Below, one piece after another: positions 8,672 to 17,001 of a stretch of 51,803 nt of DNA; positions within the stretch are counted from its first letter, which is position 1, and each line of letters opens with the position of its first letter. A program made the translations under genes and the position numbers. The notes under the pieces are model-generated. The model was not told the DNA's origin. It made no database searches and saw nothing but the letters and a program-made list of their open reading frames with translations. Where the stretch lies: positions 1-51,803 of the IMG/VR virus record IMGVR_UViG_3300001567_000010. One strand, given 5' to 3'. The DNA comes from a virus.

Positions 8672-10089
8672 AACTACTCGCAGAGAACATCGATGCCTGT
8701 GACGTCAGTCAGACGATCGCAACCCTGATCGCGAACCACGACCCGTCTCTCATGCTCGTCGGGGTGGACTACTATAACAACGACACTCACATCAAGGACC
8801 GGCAGATCTGGTACTACGAGGACGGGCAGAAGAAGATCGATACCGAGGCCACGAACCATCGAGTCTCGCACAACTGGCACAAAATCCTAGTCGATCAGAA
8901 AGTCGCCTACCTCCTCGGGCGCCCGCCGCTGATCAGCGCCGAAGACGAGCAGTTCGCCAAACACCTGAACGCCCTCCTCGACGAGACCTGGGATGACCAG
9001 CTGCAGGAACTCGCGAAGAACGCCAGCAACAAGGGCGTCGAATGGCTCATGCCGTTCATTGACGGAGTAGGCAATTTCCGGTATATCATCATCCCCGCGG
9101 AACAGTGTATCCCGATCTACGAGACCGACTATGAGGAAGAGCTCGTCGCCATGCTCCGGTACTACCCGGCCGTGGTCGACGGGGAGCAGAAGATCCGGGC
9201 GGAATGGTGGACCGCCGACGGTGTCTCGACCTACATCGAGGCAGAGGGGGGGACCTATAAACTCGAGTCCGAGGACGGCCATTTCCTTCAGAACAGGGCC
9301 CCGATGGGGTGGGGCAGGGTCCCATTCGTCGAGTTCCCAAATAACGTAGACCGGTTCGCCGACCTGAAGTATTACAAAGAACAGATCGACGTCTATGACA
9401 TCATCGTCAGCGATCTCGCCAATGACCTGACGGATGTCCAGAAGTTGATTTTCGTGCTCAAGGGGTATGGGGGGCAGAATCTCGCGGAATTCCTACAGAA
9501 TCTCCGATACTACCGGGCGATCCAGGTGGACCCCGAAGCGGGTGCTGGCGTCGAGACCCTCAGCGCGGACCCGCCGATCACCGCGATCGATTCCTCCCTG
9601 GACCGCCTGGAGGAGAACATCTACCTATTCGGGCAGGGGGTGAATACCAAGACCGACAAGTTCGGATCGGCCCCGAGCGGGATCGCGCTCAAGTTCCTCT
9701 ACACCCTCCTGGACCTGAAGAGCAACATCATGGCGCGCCGGTTCTCAGTCGCCATCAAGACCTTCTGCTGGTTCGCTGCCAAGTATCTGGAGATTAAGGG
9801 TGTCGGCACCTTCGACCCGCACGGCGTGAAGATCACGTACAACAAATCCCTGCTCATCAACGACCTCGAGATCTCGCAGATTGCAGAGTCGAGCATGGGA
9901 GTCATCTCGCAGGAGACCATCGTCGCTCATCACCCTTGGGTGGATGACGTGCAGGCCGAGTTGAAGCGGCTGCAGGCCGAGCAGGAGAGCAGGGTCGATC
10001 TCTCCGGATACCTGCAGGAGGGCGATGAGCAAGAGGGCGATGAGCAAGAGGGCGATGGCGAGAGCGAGCCCCCCGGAGCGGGGGAGTAA
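8668..10089 (+). CDS. Portal protein, SPP1-like
   Basis: HNWHKILVDQKVAYLLG, GRVPFVEFPNN, SGIALKF, ISQET motifs; acidic tail with a 15-bp tandem repeat at 10018-10057. Confidence 0.93.
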   Translation: MKLLAENIDACDVSQTIATLIANHDPSLMLVGVDYYNNDTHIKDRQIWYYEDGQKKIDTEATNHRVSHNWHKILVDQKVAYLLGRPPLISAEDEQFAKHLNALLDETWDDQLQELAKNASNKGVEWLMPFIDGVGNFRYIIIPAEQCIPIYETDYEEELVAMLRYYPAVVDGEQKIRAEWWTADGVSTYIEAEGGTYKLESEDGHFLQNRAPMGWGRVPFVEFPNNVDRFADLKYYKEQIDVYDIIVSDLANDLTDVQKLIFVLKGYGGQNLAEFLQNLRYYRAIQVDPEAGAGVETLSADPPITAIDSSLDRLEENIYLFGQGVNTKTDKFGSAPSGIALKFLYTLLDLKSNIMARRFSVAIKTFCWFAAKYLEIKGVGTFDPHGVKITYNKSLLINDLEISQIAESSMGVISQETIVAHHPWVDDVQAELKRLQAEQESRVDLSGYLQEGDEQEGDEQEGDGESEPPGAGE

Positions 10090-10091
10090 CC

Positions 10092-10574
10092 ATGCCCCAC
10101 TTCACCCTCTGGTTTGAGACCGAGGCGCTCCGGGACCGGTTCCTGCCGATCATCCTTCTCCGGATCCCTCCCTGGTTCGAGTTCTCAGCCTGCACCGGGA
10201 CGCCAGACGTCACTATCGGCACCGAGGAGGTCGATCGGGGGTTCCCGTTCCCGGTCCAGCCGGGCACTGTCTATATCTTCGACGACGAGATCTCGGCGCG
10301 AGCGGTAGGGCTCGCGGGCCCGATGCGGGCAAGCATCCGGGTCCGGGCAATTGACTCCGACAACGTCCTGGTGATGCGCATCTGGCACGAGCTCCTGCAC
10401 GCGGTCGGCCAGCCAGCCGATGACATGGTCCCGCTCGCCCCGGAATGGCAGACCCCGTGGGAGCGGCTCCTGTGGGTAGTCTGGCGCTGGTTCGGCGACT
10501 CGGTCGACGTCCCCTTCTGGCACGAGCGGTTCTATGCGTGGCTGACTCGCCGGGCGATGGAGGGGGATACGTGA
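10092..10574 (+). CDS. Hypothetical protein with HExxH (zincin-like) motif
   Basis: RIWHELLHAVG preceded by a beta-strand. Confidence 0.55.
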   Translation: MPHFTLWFETEALRDRFLPIILLRIPPWFEFSACTGTPDVTIGTEEVDRGFPFPVQPGTVYIFDDEISARAVGLAGPMRASIRVRAIDSDNVLVMRIWHELLHAVGQPADDMVPLAPEWQTPWERLLWVVWRWFGDSVDVPFWHERFYAWLTRRAMEGDT

Positions 10575-10756
10575 GGGTCGTCTGCCCAAAGTGCGGCAGC
10601 CCCCACGTTTGGATATGCAACGACTGGGTGGACACTACGATCACGGACGAGGGTATATGGCTAGAGGGTGCGGGAATCGCCTGCGAATGTCATATGTGCT
10701 ATTCCACATTCGAGGTCCGCGCCACCGGATTTTCGCTGCAGGGAGAAGGTGACTGA
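10571..10756 (+). CDS. Small Zn-ribbon protein
   Basis: CPKCG...CECHMC; GTGA coupling. Confidence 0.6.
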   Translation: MRVVCPKCGSPHVWICNDWVDTTITDEGIWLEGAGIACECHMCYSTFEVRATGFSLQGEGD

Positions 10757-10759
10757 CGT

Positions 10760-11602
10760 ATGGAGAAAGCGTTCCTCAACCTCGACAAGCAAACGGCCCG
10801 CCTCATCAGAACAGCCGAGCGGAACGTCGGGCAGCAGTACGGGCAGATGCTGAGGGAGGTCCGGGAGGTCCTCCAGCGAACGTACGGTCGTTACTCGCTT
10901 TCTGATGGGACCCTGACGTACTCACAGATGGTACGATATGGGCGTATCGACACCCTGAACGCAGACGTCGAGGAGATCACCCGAAAATACTCCGGCCTCG
11001 TCGCGGGCGAGATCCGGGGGGATCTCCGGAAGACCGTTTTGGGTTCATTCGAGGGCACTCGGGGGGCACTGGAGGCGGCGGCGGGTCGTAAGATTCGAGG
11101 GATCCTGAAACCTGAGATCGTCGCCGCGATCCTGCAGAACCCGGTCAGCGGGCTCACGCTGAACGAGCGGCTGGCGGTCCGGCGCTACGAGACGATCACC
11201 ACTATCCGGCAGGAGATGACCCGGGGGCTGGTCCGTGGCGATCGTTACCGGGACATCGCCCGCCGTCTCCAAAACACACTGGAGATCGATGCCGGCAAGG
11301 CGACCCGCATCGTCCGGACCGAGGGGCACCGATGCATGGAGGCAGGGAAAAAGGCGTCGCTCGATAGCGCCGCAAACCAGGGTATCGAGACCCGGAAGTG
11401 GTGGAAGCACAGCGCCGACGAGCGGGTCCGCGCCAGCCATAAGTATATGGGGCAGAAGTACAGCAAGGAGAACGCTATCCCTTACGACGAGGATTTTGTC
11501 AACGACCTCACCGGCGGGGTCGGTCCGCACCCCGGCGCTCTGGGAACGGCCGAAGATGATATAAACGACCGATGCATAATGGTCATTGAGGTAGGGCCGT
11601 GA
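10760..11602 (+). CDS. Minor head morphogenesis protein (MuF/SPP1 gp7-like)
   Basis: RIVRTE, KWWKHSADERVRASH, INDRC motifs; position after portal. Confidence 0.88.
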   Translation: MEKAFLNLDKQTARLIRTAERNVGQQYGQMLREVREVLQRTYGRYSLSDGTLTYSQMVRYGRIDTLNADVEEITRKYSGLVAGEIRGDLRKTVLGSFEGTRGALEAAAGRKIRGILKPEIVAAILQNPVSGLTLNERLAVRRYETITTIRQEMTRGLVRGDRYRDIARRLQNTLEIDAGKATRIVRTEGHRCMEAGKKASLDSAANQGIETRKWWKHSADERVRASHKYMGQKYSKENAIPYDEDFVNDLTGGVGPHPGALGTAEDDINDRCIMVIEVGP

Positions 11603-11994
11603 TCCGGAAAATTATCATCCTGGTTGTTCTGGGGGTCGCGATAGTCGCGGGGAGTGGGTGCGTATCTGAAAGTTATGCAAGCGCAGAAGAGCCAGAGGTG
11701 CAGTGGGCGAAGGAGGTTACGGTCAAATGCGCCGAACAGGCAATCGGGTATAAAATTTTGCCAAACCTGGACGATCACCACCTAACGACGGAACCCGCTG
11801 GGACGATTGGCAGGACCGTCCATGACTTCCGGGTGAAGGGGACGGTGTACCGGGAATATGATGGTCGGGGATATGATGTCAGCGCGACGTTTAGAGTACA
11901 GGAGTTAGCCGGGCAGAATATTGATGTTGAGATGCGCCTCATGTCTGTTAACGGGAAAAGAGTTGAGATCCCAGAATTGACCGCTCGCTTTTGA
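11599..11994 (+). CDS. Predicted lipoprotein (moron-like)
   Basis: Signal peptide MIRKIIILVVLGVAIVAGSGC with lipobox Cys; lower GC than neighbours. Confidence 0.65.
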   Translation: MIRKIIILVVLGVAIVAGSGCVSESYASAEEPEVQWAKEVTVKCAEQAIGYKILPNLDDHHLTTEPAGTIGRTVHDFRVKGTVYREYDGRGYDVSATFRVQELAGQNIDVEMRLMSVNGKRVEIPELTARF

Positions 11995-12049
11995 ACAAAC
12001 CCACTTCAATTTTTAGGTATATCGGCGCACCCAAAAACCCGGGCATCTA

Positions 12050-12094
12050 AACTGTCAATACTGTCAAAACCGTCATTTTCCCACCTATTTTTAA
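12050..12094 (+). promoter_or_regulatory. Putative late promoter 2
   Basis: Homologous to 6300-6344; precedes the scaffold/capsid operon. Confidence 0.7.
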
Positions 12095-12199
12095 ATTCAG
12101 ACTCCTATTCTACTGTATCGCCATGCCCGGGGCGCGATCGGGCCTGTTTTCGTGGACGCGACCACGTAAAAAAGCGAAACAGCGGAAAGGAGCCAGCAG

Positions 12200-12829
12200 A
12201 TGCCAAAGACCCTCAAAGAATTACTCGGAGAGGACCTGTACGACCAGGTCAAGGAGAGAATTGGAACCACCGAGATCACTGTTGTCGACCCCGACAACCC
12301 GATGGTCCCGAAGCGTCGCCTTGACGAGGTGATCCTCGAACGGAACCGGTACAAGGACCTCGCGGCCGAGCATGAGAACCAGCTCAACGACCTGAAAGTC
12401 GGGTTGAAGGACAACGACTCGCTCAAGGCGCAGATCGCCGACCTCCTGGCCAAGAACAGCAAGGCCTCCGAGGAATACGAGGCGCACCTCAAGGAGCAGC
12501 GGTACTCGTTCGCGATCGAGCGGGCGGTAGGCAAGGCCGACGCCCGGAACATCAAGGCTGTCATAGCATTGCTGGATAAATCGAAGATCTCGCTCGACGG
12601 TGAGAACCTGCTCGGATTCGACGCGCAGATCGCGGCACTCAAGGAGAGCGACCCGTATCTCTTCGGTGTCGAACTGAAGGGGAGGACGCCGGAAGGCACC
12701 GGGAAGTCCCAGCAGGCCCAGGAGAATCCGTGGAAGAAGGAGACCTGGAACCTTACCAAGCAGGGCGAGATCACCAAAACAGACCCTGACCTCGCCGCAA
12801 AACTGAGGGCGCAGGCAGGGGTGAGGTAA
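12200..12829 (+). CDS. Capsid scaffolding protein (GP20-like)
   Basis: VPKRRLDEV, coiled coil, ARNIKAVIALLD, LKESDPYLF, NPWKKETWNLTKQG motifs. Confidence 0.88.
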   Translation: MPKTLKELLGEDLYDQVKERIGTTEITVVDPDNPMVPKRRLDEVILERNRYKDLAAEHENQLNDLKVGLKDNDSLKAQIADLLAKNSKASEEYEAHLKEQRYSFAIERAVGKADARNIKAVIALLDKSKISLDGENLLGFDAQIAALKESDPYLFGVELKGRTPEGTGKSQQAQENPWKKETWNLTKQGEITKTDPDLAAKLRAQAGVR

Positions 12830-12836
12830 GCAAACA

Positions 12837-13802
12837 ATGACCTACACAAAAGTAGCGGACGTTATTGTCCCGGAAGTGTTTAACCCGTACGTCATCGAAC
12901 GGACGGCAGAACTGAGCGCTCTGGTACAGAGCGGGATCATCGAGACCAGCCCGGAACTCGACAAGCTCGCGTCGGGAGGCGGCCGGCTCATTGACATGCC
13001 GTACTGGCAGGATCTCGCCGGCGAGGACGAGTTGCTCTCAGACACCAGCGACCTGACCCCGGCCAAGATCGAGGCCGGCCAGGACCAGGCTGTGCTCCTG
13101 ATGCGCGGCCGGGCATGGGGCGCGACCGATCTCGCCAAAGCTCTCTCCGGCGACGACCCGATGGGCGCGATCGCCAACCTTGTGGCGGAGTACTGGGCGC
13201 GTCGCCGGCAGGCGACCCTGCTTGCGATCCTTGAAGGGGTCTTCGCCGCATCCGACGGCTCGATGGCGGACAACACCCATGACATCTCCGAGGCAGACGA
13301 GAGCACGTGGACGGCAGAGACGTTCATCGACGCCTCATATCGTCTCGGGGACGCCGAGTCGAAGCTTACAGGAGTCATGGTCCACTCCGCCACGCTCGCC
13401 AGCCTGCGAAAACTGGACCTGATCGAGTTCGCACCTGACAGCGAGGGACGGGCGTCGATCCCGACCTACCTCGGAAAGCGGGTCCTGGTGGACGATGCCT
13501 CGCCGACCAGCGAAGGGGTGTACACCACCTATCTCTTCGGGCAGGGTGCGATCGGGCTTGGAAACGGGGCTCCGGCGACCCCCACAGAGACGGGGCGGAA
13601 CCAGTTAGGGGGGATCGACTACCTCATCAATCGGCAGCACTTCCTCCTCCACCCGCGCGGAGTTGCCTGGCAGGATGCAGATGTCACGCTCACCACGCCG
13701 AAGAACCCCTCGAACGCCGACCTCGCGAAAGGAGCGAACTGGTCCCGGGTCTACGAGGCAAAGAACGTCCGGATTGTTGCGTTCAAGCACAAGCTGGAGT
13801 AA
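12837..13802 (+). CDS. Major capsid protein (HK97 fold)
   Basis: IVPEVFNPYV, MPYWQDL, RGRAWGATDLA, SGDDPM, PTYLGKRVLVDD, follows the scaffold. Confidence 0.92.
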   Translation: MTYTKVADVIVPEVFNPYVIERTAELSALVQSGIIETSPELDKLASGGGRLIDMPYWQDLAGEDELLSDTSDLTPAKIEAGQDQAVLLMRGRAWGATDLAKALSGDDPMGAIANLVAEYWARRRQATLLAILEGVFAASDGSMADNTHDISEADESTWTAETFIDASYRLGDAESKLTGVMVHSATLASLRKLDLIEFAPDSEGRASIPTYLGKRVLVDDASPTSEGVYTTYLFGQGAIGLGNGAPATPTETGRNQLGGIDYLINRQHFLLHPRGVAWQDADVTLTTPKNPSNADLAKGANWSRVYEAKNVRIVAFKHKLE

Positions 13803-13821
13803 CCAGGGGGCTTGACACACG

Positions 13822-15147
13822 ATGGGGTTAGAGGACAAGTTTGGGAAGATCCCGCTCCGGCGGATCTTCCGACCCTTCTTCGCGGCGCTCCTTGACCCGG
13901 AGAACGGGCACGACCACGACGGGGTGAACAGCAAGGCGCTGTCCCCCGCAGCCGTGGTCGAGAACAACTCGATAATCACTGCAAAGATCCAGGACGGTGC
14001 AGTCACCGGGGACAAGATCGCCGCAAACGCAGTTACCACGGCTAAGTTGGCTGACGGAGCTGTTACTGGCGCGAAGATTCCCGCGCAGAACATCACGACC
14101 ACCCACCTGGCCGATGAGAACGTCACTGCCCCGAAGGTCGCCGACGGCGCTGTGACGGCAGGCAAGATCGGAGCCGGTGCAGTTGTCGAGGCAAAGCTCG
14201 GTGACGGCGCAGTCACCGCGGCAAAGATCGGAGCGTCTGCAGTCGAAGAGGCAAAGATCAACGACGGTGCTGTGACTGCAGGTAAGATCGGAGCCGGTGC
14301 AGTTGTCGAGGCAAAGCTCGGTGACGGCGCAGTCACCGCGGCAAAGATAGGGGCGTCTGCGGTCGAAGAGGCAAAGATCAACGACGGTGCTGTGACGGCA
14401 GGCAAGATCGGGGCCGGTGCAGTCACCGCAGTGGCGCTCAACGCCGACGTTGCCGGCAACGGCGTAGGCCTCAACACGGGGACAAATGCGATCGAGGTCA
14501 AGGTCGACGACGCCACCATTGAGATCTCCAGCGACACGCTCCAGGTCAAGGCTGGGAGTGTAGACACTACTCAGCTCACCGACGACGCGGTCACCAACGA
14601 CAAGCTCGCGAACATCATCCAGGGGTCGGTGAAAGTAGGTGGCGCCAACGACGCCCCGACTGACTTGGATGCCTCCGGGGACGGAATGATCCTGATTGGA
14701 GATGGAACGGATCTGAAGAGCGTTGCAGTCACGGGCGATGTCACCATTACGAACGCCGGAGTCACGGCGATCGGAGCCGGAAAAGTCACCAGCGCCATGC
14801 TCGCCAGCGACGCAAATCTCGCAGCCGTGATCGCTGCAGGGTTTGGGGCAACCCGGACTGTGGCGCAGGATGCCGGCAGCACCGTCGAGTTACTGGTCGC
14901 CGACCCCGCCGAGGACCGTGCGTGCCTGGTCATGGTACTGGTCAAGGTCTCGCTGGCCGGGGGCGCGGCGTTCTCGATCCAGGACGCTGACGGAACCGAG
15001 ATGCTCGCTGTGCCTCCGGATACAGCAGCCGGCTCCGTGCTCACCGGGGCAGGCGTGCTCGCCGTGACCAAGGCGCTGAACATCGTGCCCACCGCCGGCG
15101 ACGCGGGCGAGATCCAGGCATTTGTACTGAGTCTGCCGGCCGCCTGA
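13822..15147 (+). CDS. Repeat-rich virion fibre/decoration protein
   Basis: 10-aa AVTxxKIxDG repeats, 120-bp tandem duplication near 14140-14420, GHDHDG motif. Confidence 0.7.
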   Translation: MGLEDKFGKIPLRRIFRPFFAALLDPENGHDHDGVNSKALSPAAVVENNSIITAKIQDGAVTGDKIAANAVTTAKLADGAVTGAKIPAQNITTTHLADENVTAPKVADGAVTAGKIGAGAVVEAKLGDGAVTAAKIGASAVEEAKINDGAVTAGKIGAGAVVEAKLGDGAVTAAKIGASAVEEAKINDGAVTAGKIGAGAVTAVALNADVAGNGVGLNTGTNAIEVKVDDATIEISSDTLQVKAGSVDTTQLTDDAVTNDKLANIIQGSVKVGGANDAPTDLDASGDGMILIGDGTDLKSVAVTGDVTITNAGVTAIGAGKVTSAMLASDANLAAVIAAGFGATRTVAQDAGSTVELLVADPAEDRACLVMVLVKVSLAGGAAFSIQDADGTEMLAVPPDTAAGSVLTGAGVLAVTKALNIVPTAGDAGEIQAFVLSLPAA

Positions 15148-15161
15148 TATGGGTGATCGGG

Positions 15162-15236
15162 ATGGGCGGTAAACCGAGTAAGAGGACCCCGAAAGACCGG
15201 CGGCTGAAGGAGAACCAGAGACGGAGGAGACGATGA
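15162..15236 (+). CDS. Very small basic peptide (24 aa)
   Basis: MGGKPSKRTPKDRRLKENQRRRRR; stop overlaps next ATG. Confidence 0.4.
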   Translation: MGGKPSKRTPKDRRLKENQRRRRR

Positions 15237-15397
15237 CAGCAAATTACGTGACAGACACTTACGACACAGTCGACGACCTCGCCGCAGCCATTGAGGAGAT
15301 CCCGACGACAACCCCGATCCAGGTCGTTCCTCTGCCTTACTGGAACGCTCACCGCTACAAGAACGACTACAAGTATCTGGTAATCCAGGGGGCCTGA
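15233..15397 (+). CDS. Small hypothetical protein (54 aa)
   Basis: MTANYVTDTYDTVDDLAAAIEE...; SD GGAGGAG; coupled at both ends. Confidence 0.55.
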   Translation: MTANYVTDTYDTVDDLAAAIEEIPTTTPIQVVPLPYWNAHRYKNDYKYLVIQGA

Positions 15398-15645
15398 TGC
15401 CGGCTGAGGAGGCGCTCCGGCTGGCGTACATCGCGTTGATTGAGAACGAGTGTAACCGCTCGTTCGCCGACGGCCTCCCGCCGGACATCGAACACATCCT
15501 CCTCCCGTACCTGATGCAGCACCACGGGCGTGACCCGAACATCGCGAGCCAGTCCGTCTCAGATATGTCGGTCTCGTTCAAGACCGACGGGATGCCAGCC
15601 TCGATGCGGCGGATCATCCAGAAGTACCGGAGGGCCTATCGGTGA
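15397..15645 (+). CDS. Head-tail connector (gp15/gp6-like)
   Basis: Size, position, ASQSVSDMSVSF and IQKYRR motifs. Confidence 0.7.
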   Translation: MPAEEALRLAYIALIENECNRSFADGLPPDIEHILLPYLMQHHGRDPNIASQSVSDMSVSFKTDGMPASMRRIIQKYRRAYR

Positions 15646-16115
15646 CAACGACGGGGGACAAGTTCAACCGGATCCCTGACCTGGTGAGGGAACTCAACTA
15701 CCTCGCCACGCACCAGGTGCAGATCGGGATCTTCGCCGACGCCGAACGGAACGACAACGTTCCGATGCTCGTGATCGCGTATGCGCACGAGTTCGGGGCA
15801 ACGATCCCCACTCGTGACGGCTCGTTCAACATCCCGGAACGCTCGTTCCTGCGGGCAGGGTTCGACGCTAACGCCGACGAGATCCGGGAGAAGATGAAGC
15901 ACCTCCTCGGTCTGGTCCTCGAGGGCAAGACTACGGGGCGACATGCGCTCAACGCCCTCGGGGGATTCGTCGCCACCCGGATCCAGGCGTACCTCACTGA
16001 CCTCAAGACCCCCCCACTCGCCGAATCGACCATCAAGCGTAAGGGGAGCAGCAACCCGCTGATCGACACCGGGCAACTCCGGGACTCGATTACCTGGCAG
16101 GTGGTACCGGTATGA
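15642..16115 (+). CDS. Neck/tail completion protein (HK97 gp10/virion morphogenesis-like)
   Basis: AYAHEFG, IPERSFLR, TIKRKGSSNPLIDTGQLRDSI. Confidence 0.85.
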   Translation: MTTTGDKFNRIPDLVRELNYLATHQVQIGIFADAERNDNVPMLVIAYAHEFGATIPTRDGSFNIPERSFLRAGFDANADEIREKMKHLLGLVLEGKTTGRHALNALGGFVATRIQAYLTDLKTPPLAESTIKRKGSSNPLIDTGQLRDSITWQVVPV

Positions 16116-16456
16116 TCGGCGCGACGGTGACCTGGCACGGGCAGGACTACGAACTCAAGGAGGTCCTCCCGCACGACGGCCACTTTGTCTGGGACTCCGT
16201 CTTCGCGATGTGGGGCGGGACCTACACGTTCCGTCTCCCGGGCGAAGGGTATCGCGACTGGGAGCAGGGCGGTATCTGGGTCCCCGGTGAGCCGACGGAG
16301 ACGGAGATCGAGGCAATCGTCCTCCCGCTCTCCAAGAGCGACCTCAAGTACGACGTCGGCGGGACCTACACCCGGCAGGACGTCAAGGTCTACATCCAGT
16401 GCCCGAACGGCGGGTTCAGGGTCTACTTCGCCCGGCGTATTGAGGAGGGGTCTTGA
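16112..16456 (+). CDS. Head closure/stopper-like protein (possibly permuted)
   Basis: GGIWVPGEPTETEIEAIVLP, GGTYTRQDVKVY; position in neck cluster. Confidence 0.7.
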   Translation: MIGATVTWHGQDYELKEVLPHDGHFVWDSVFAMWGGTYTFRLPGEGYRDWEQGGIWVPGEPTETEIEAIVLPLSKSDLKYDVGGTYTRQDVKVYIQCPNGGFRVYFARRIEEGS

Positions 16457-17001
16457 TGTACGACGTGATCGGGCTCCGCAACTGGCTGGTCGGGCAGCTC
16501 TACCATTGCCTGACGAAGCCGGTCGTCCCGAACGACGACAGCCCGCGGCCGGCGAAACCCTTCCTCGCCTACACCATCACCTCGCCCTACATACCGCAGG
16601 CCGCTCCGCCGGTCATCGAGTACTCGGACGTCGTGAAGGTCCCGCCGGCGGAGGAGGGGGAGGAGCCCGGCGCCCCGGAGAACTGGAGCCGGAAACAGCG
16701 CACCGAGTACCCGACGATCGTCTGGAGTTTCACGGCCGTCGCCGACACCCAGCAGGGGTGCTATGAGGCGGTCATGCAAGCGCGGCGATGGTTCGCGCTG
16801 GGTGCCGGCGACGGGCTGAAGGCCCGGGGCATCGTCGTCGCCCGACTCGAACCGGTGCAGGACCGGTCTCTGATCCTCGACGAGACGCAGGCCGAGTATC
16901 GGGCCGGGTTCGACGTGGTGCTTCGGGTCTGCAGCCAGATCAGTATCGACATTGAGACCATCGAAATGGTGGAGTATGGCTCCACCAGGAGTGATTCATG
17001 A
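16456..17001 (+). CDS. Tail terminator/neck protein
   Basis: PFLAYTITSPY, YRAGFDVVLRV; directly upstream of the sheath. Confidence 0.7.
   Translation: MYDVIGLRNWLVGQLYHCLTKPVVPNDDSPRPAKPFLAYTITSPYIPQAAPPVIEYSDVVKVPPAEEGEEPGAPENWSRKQRTEYPTIVWSFTAVADTQQGCYEAVMQARRWFALGAGDGLKARGIVVARLEPVQDRSLILDETQAEYRAGFDVVLRVCSQISIDIETIEMVEYGSTRSDS

Noticed and set aside
10018-10057. 15-bp tandem repeat in the portal tail
   Set aside because: Encodes a low-complexity acidic tail (EGDEQ); ordinary slippage, no evidence of function.
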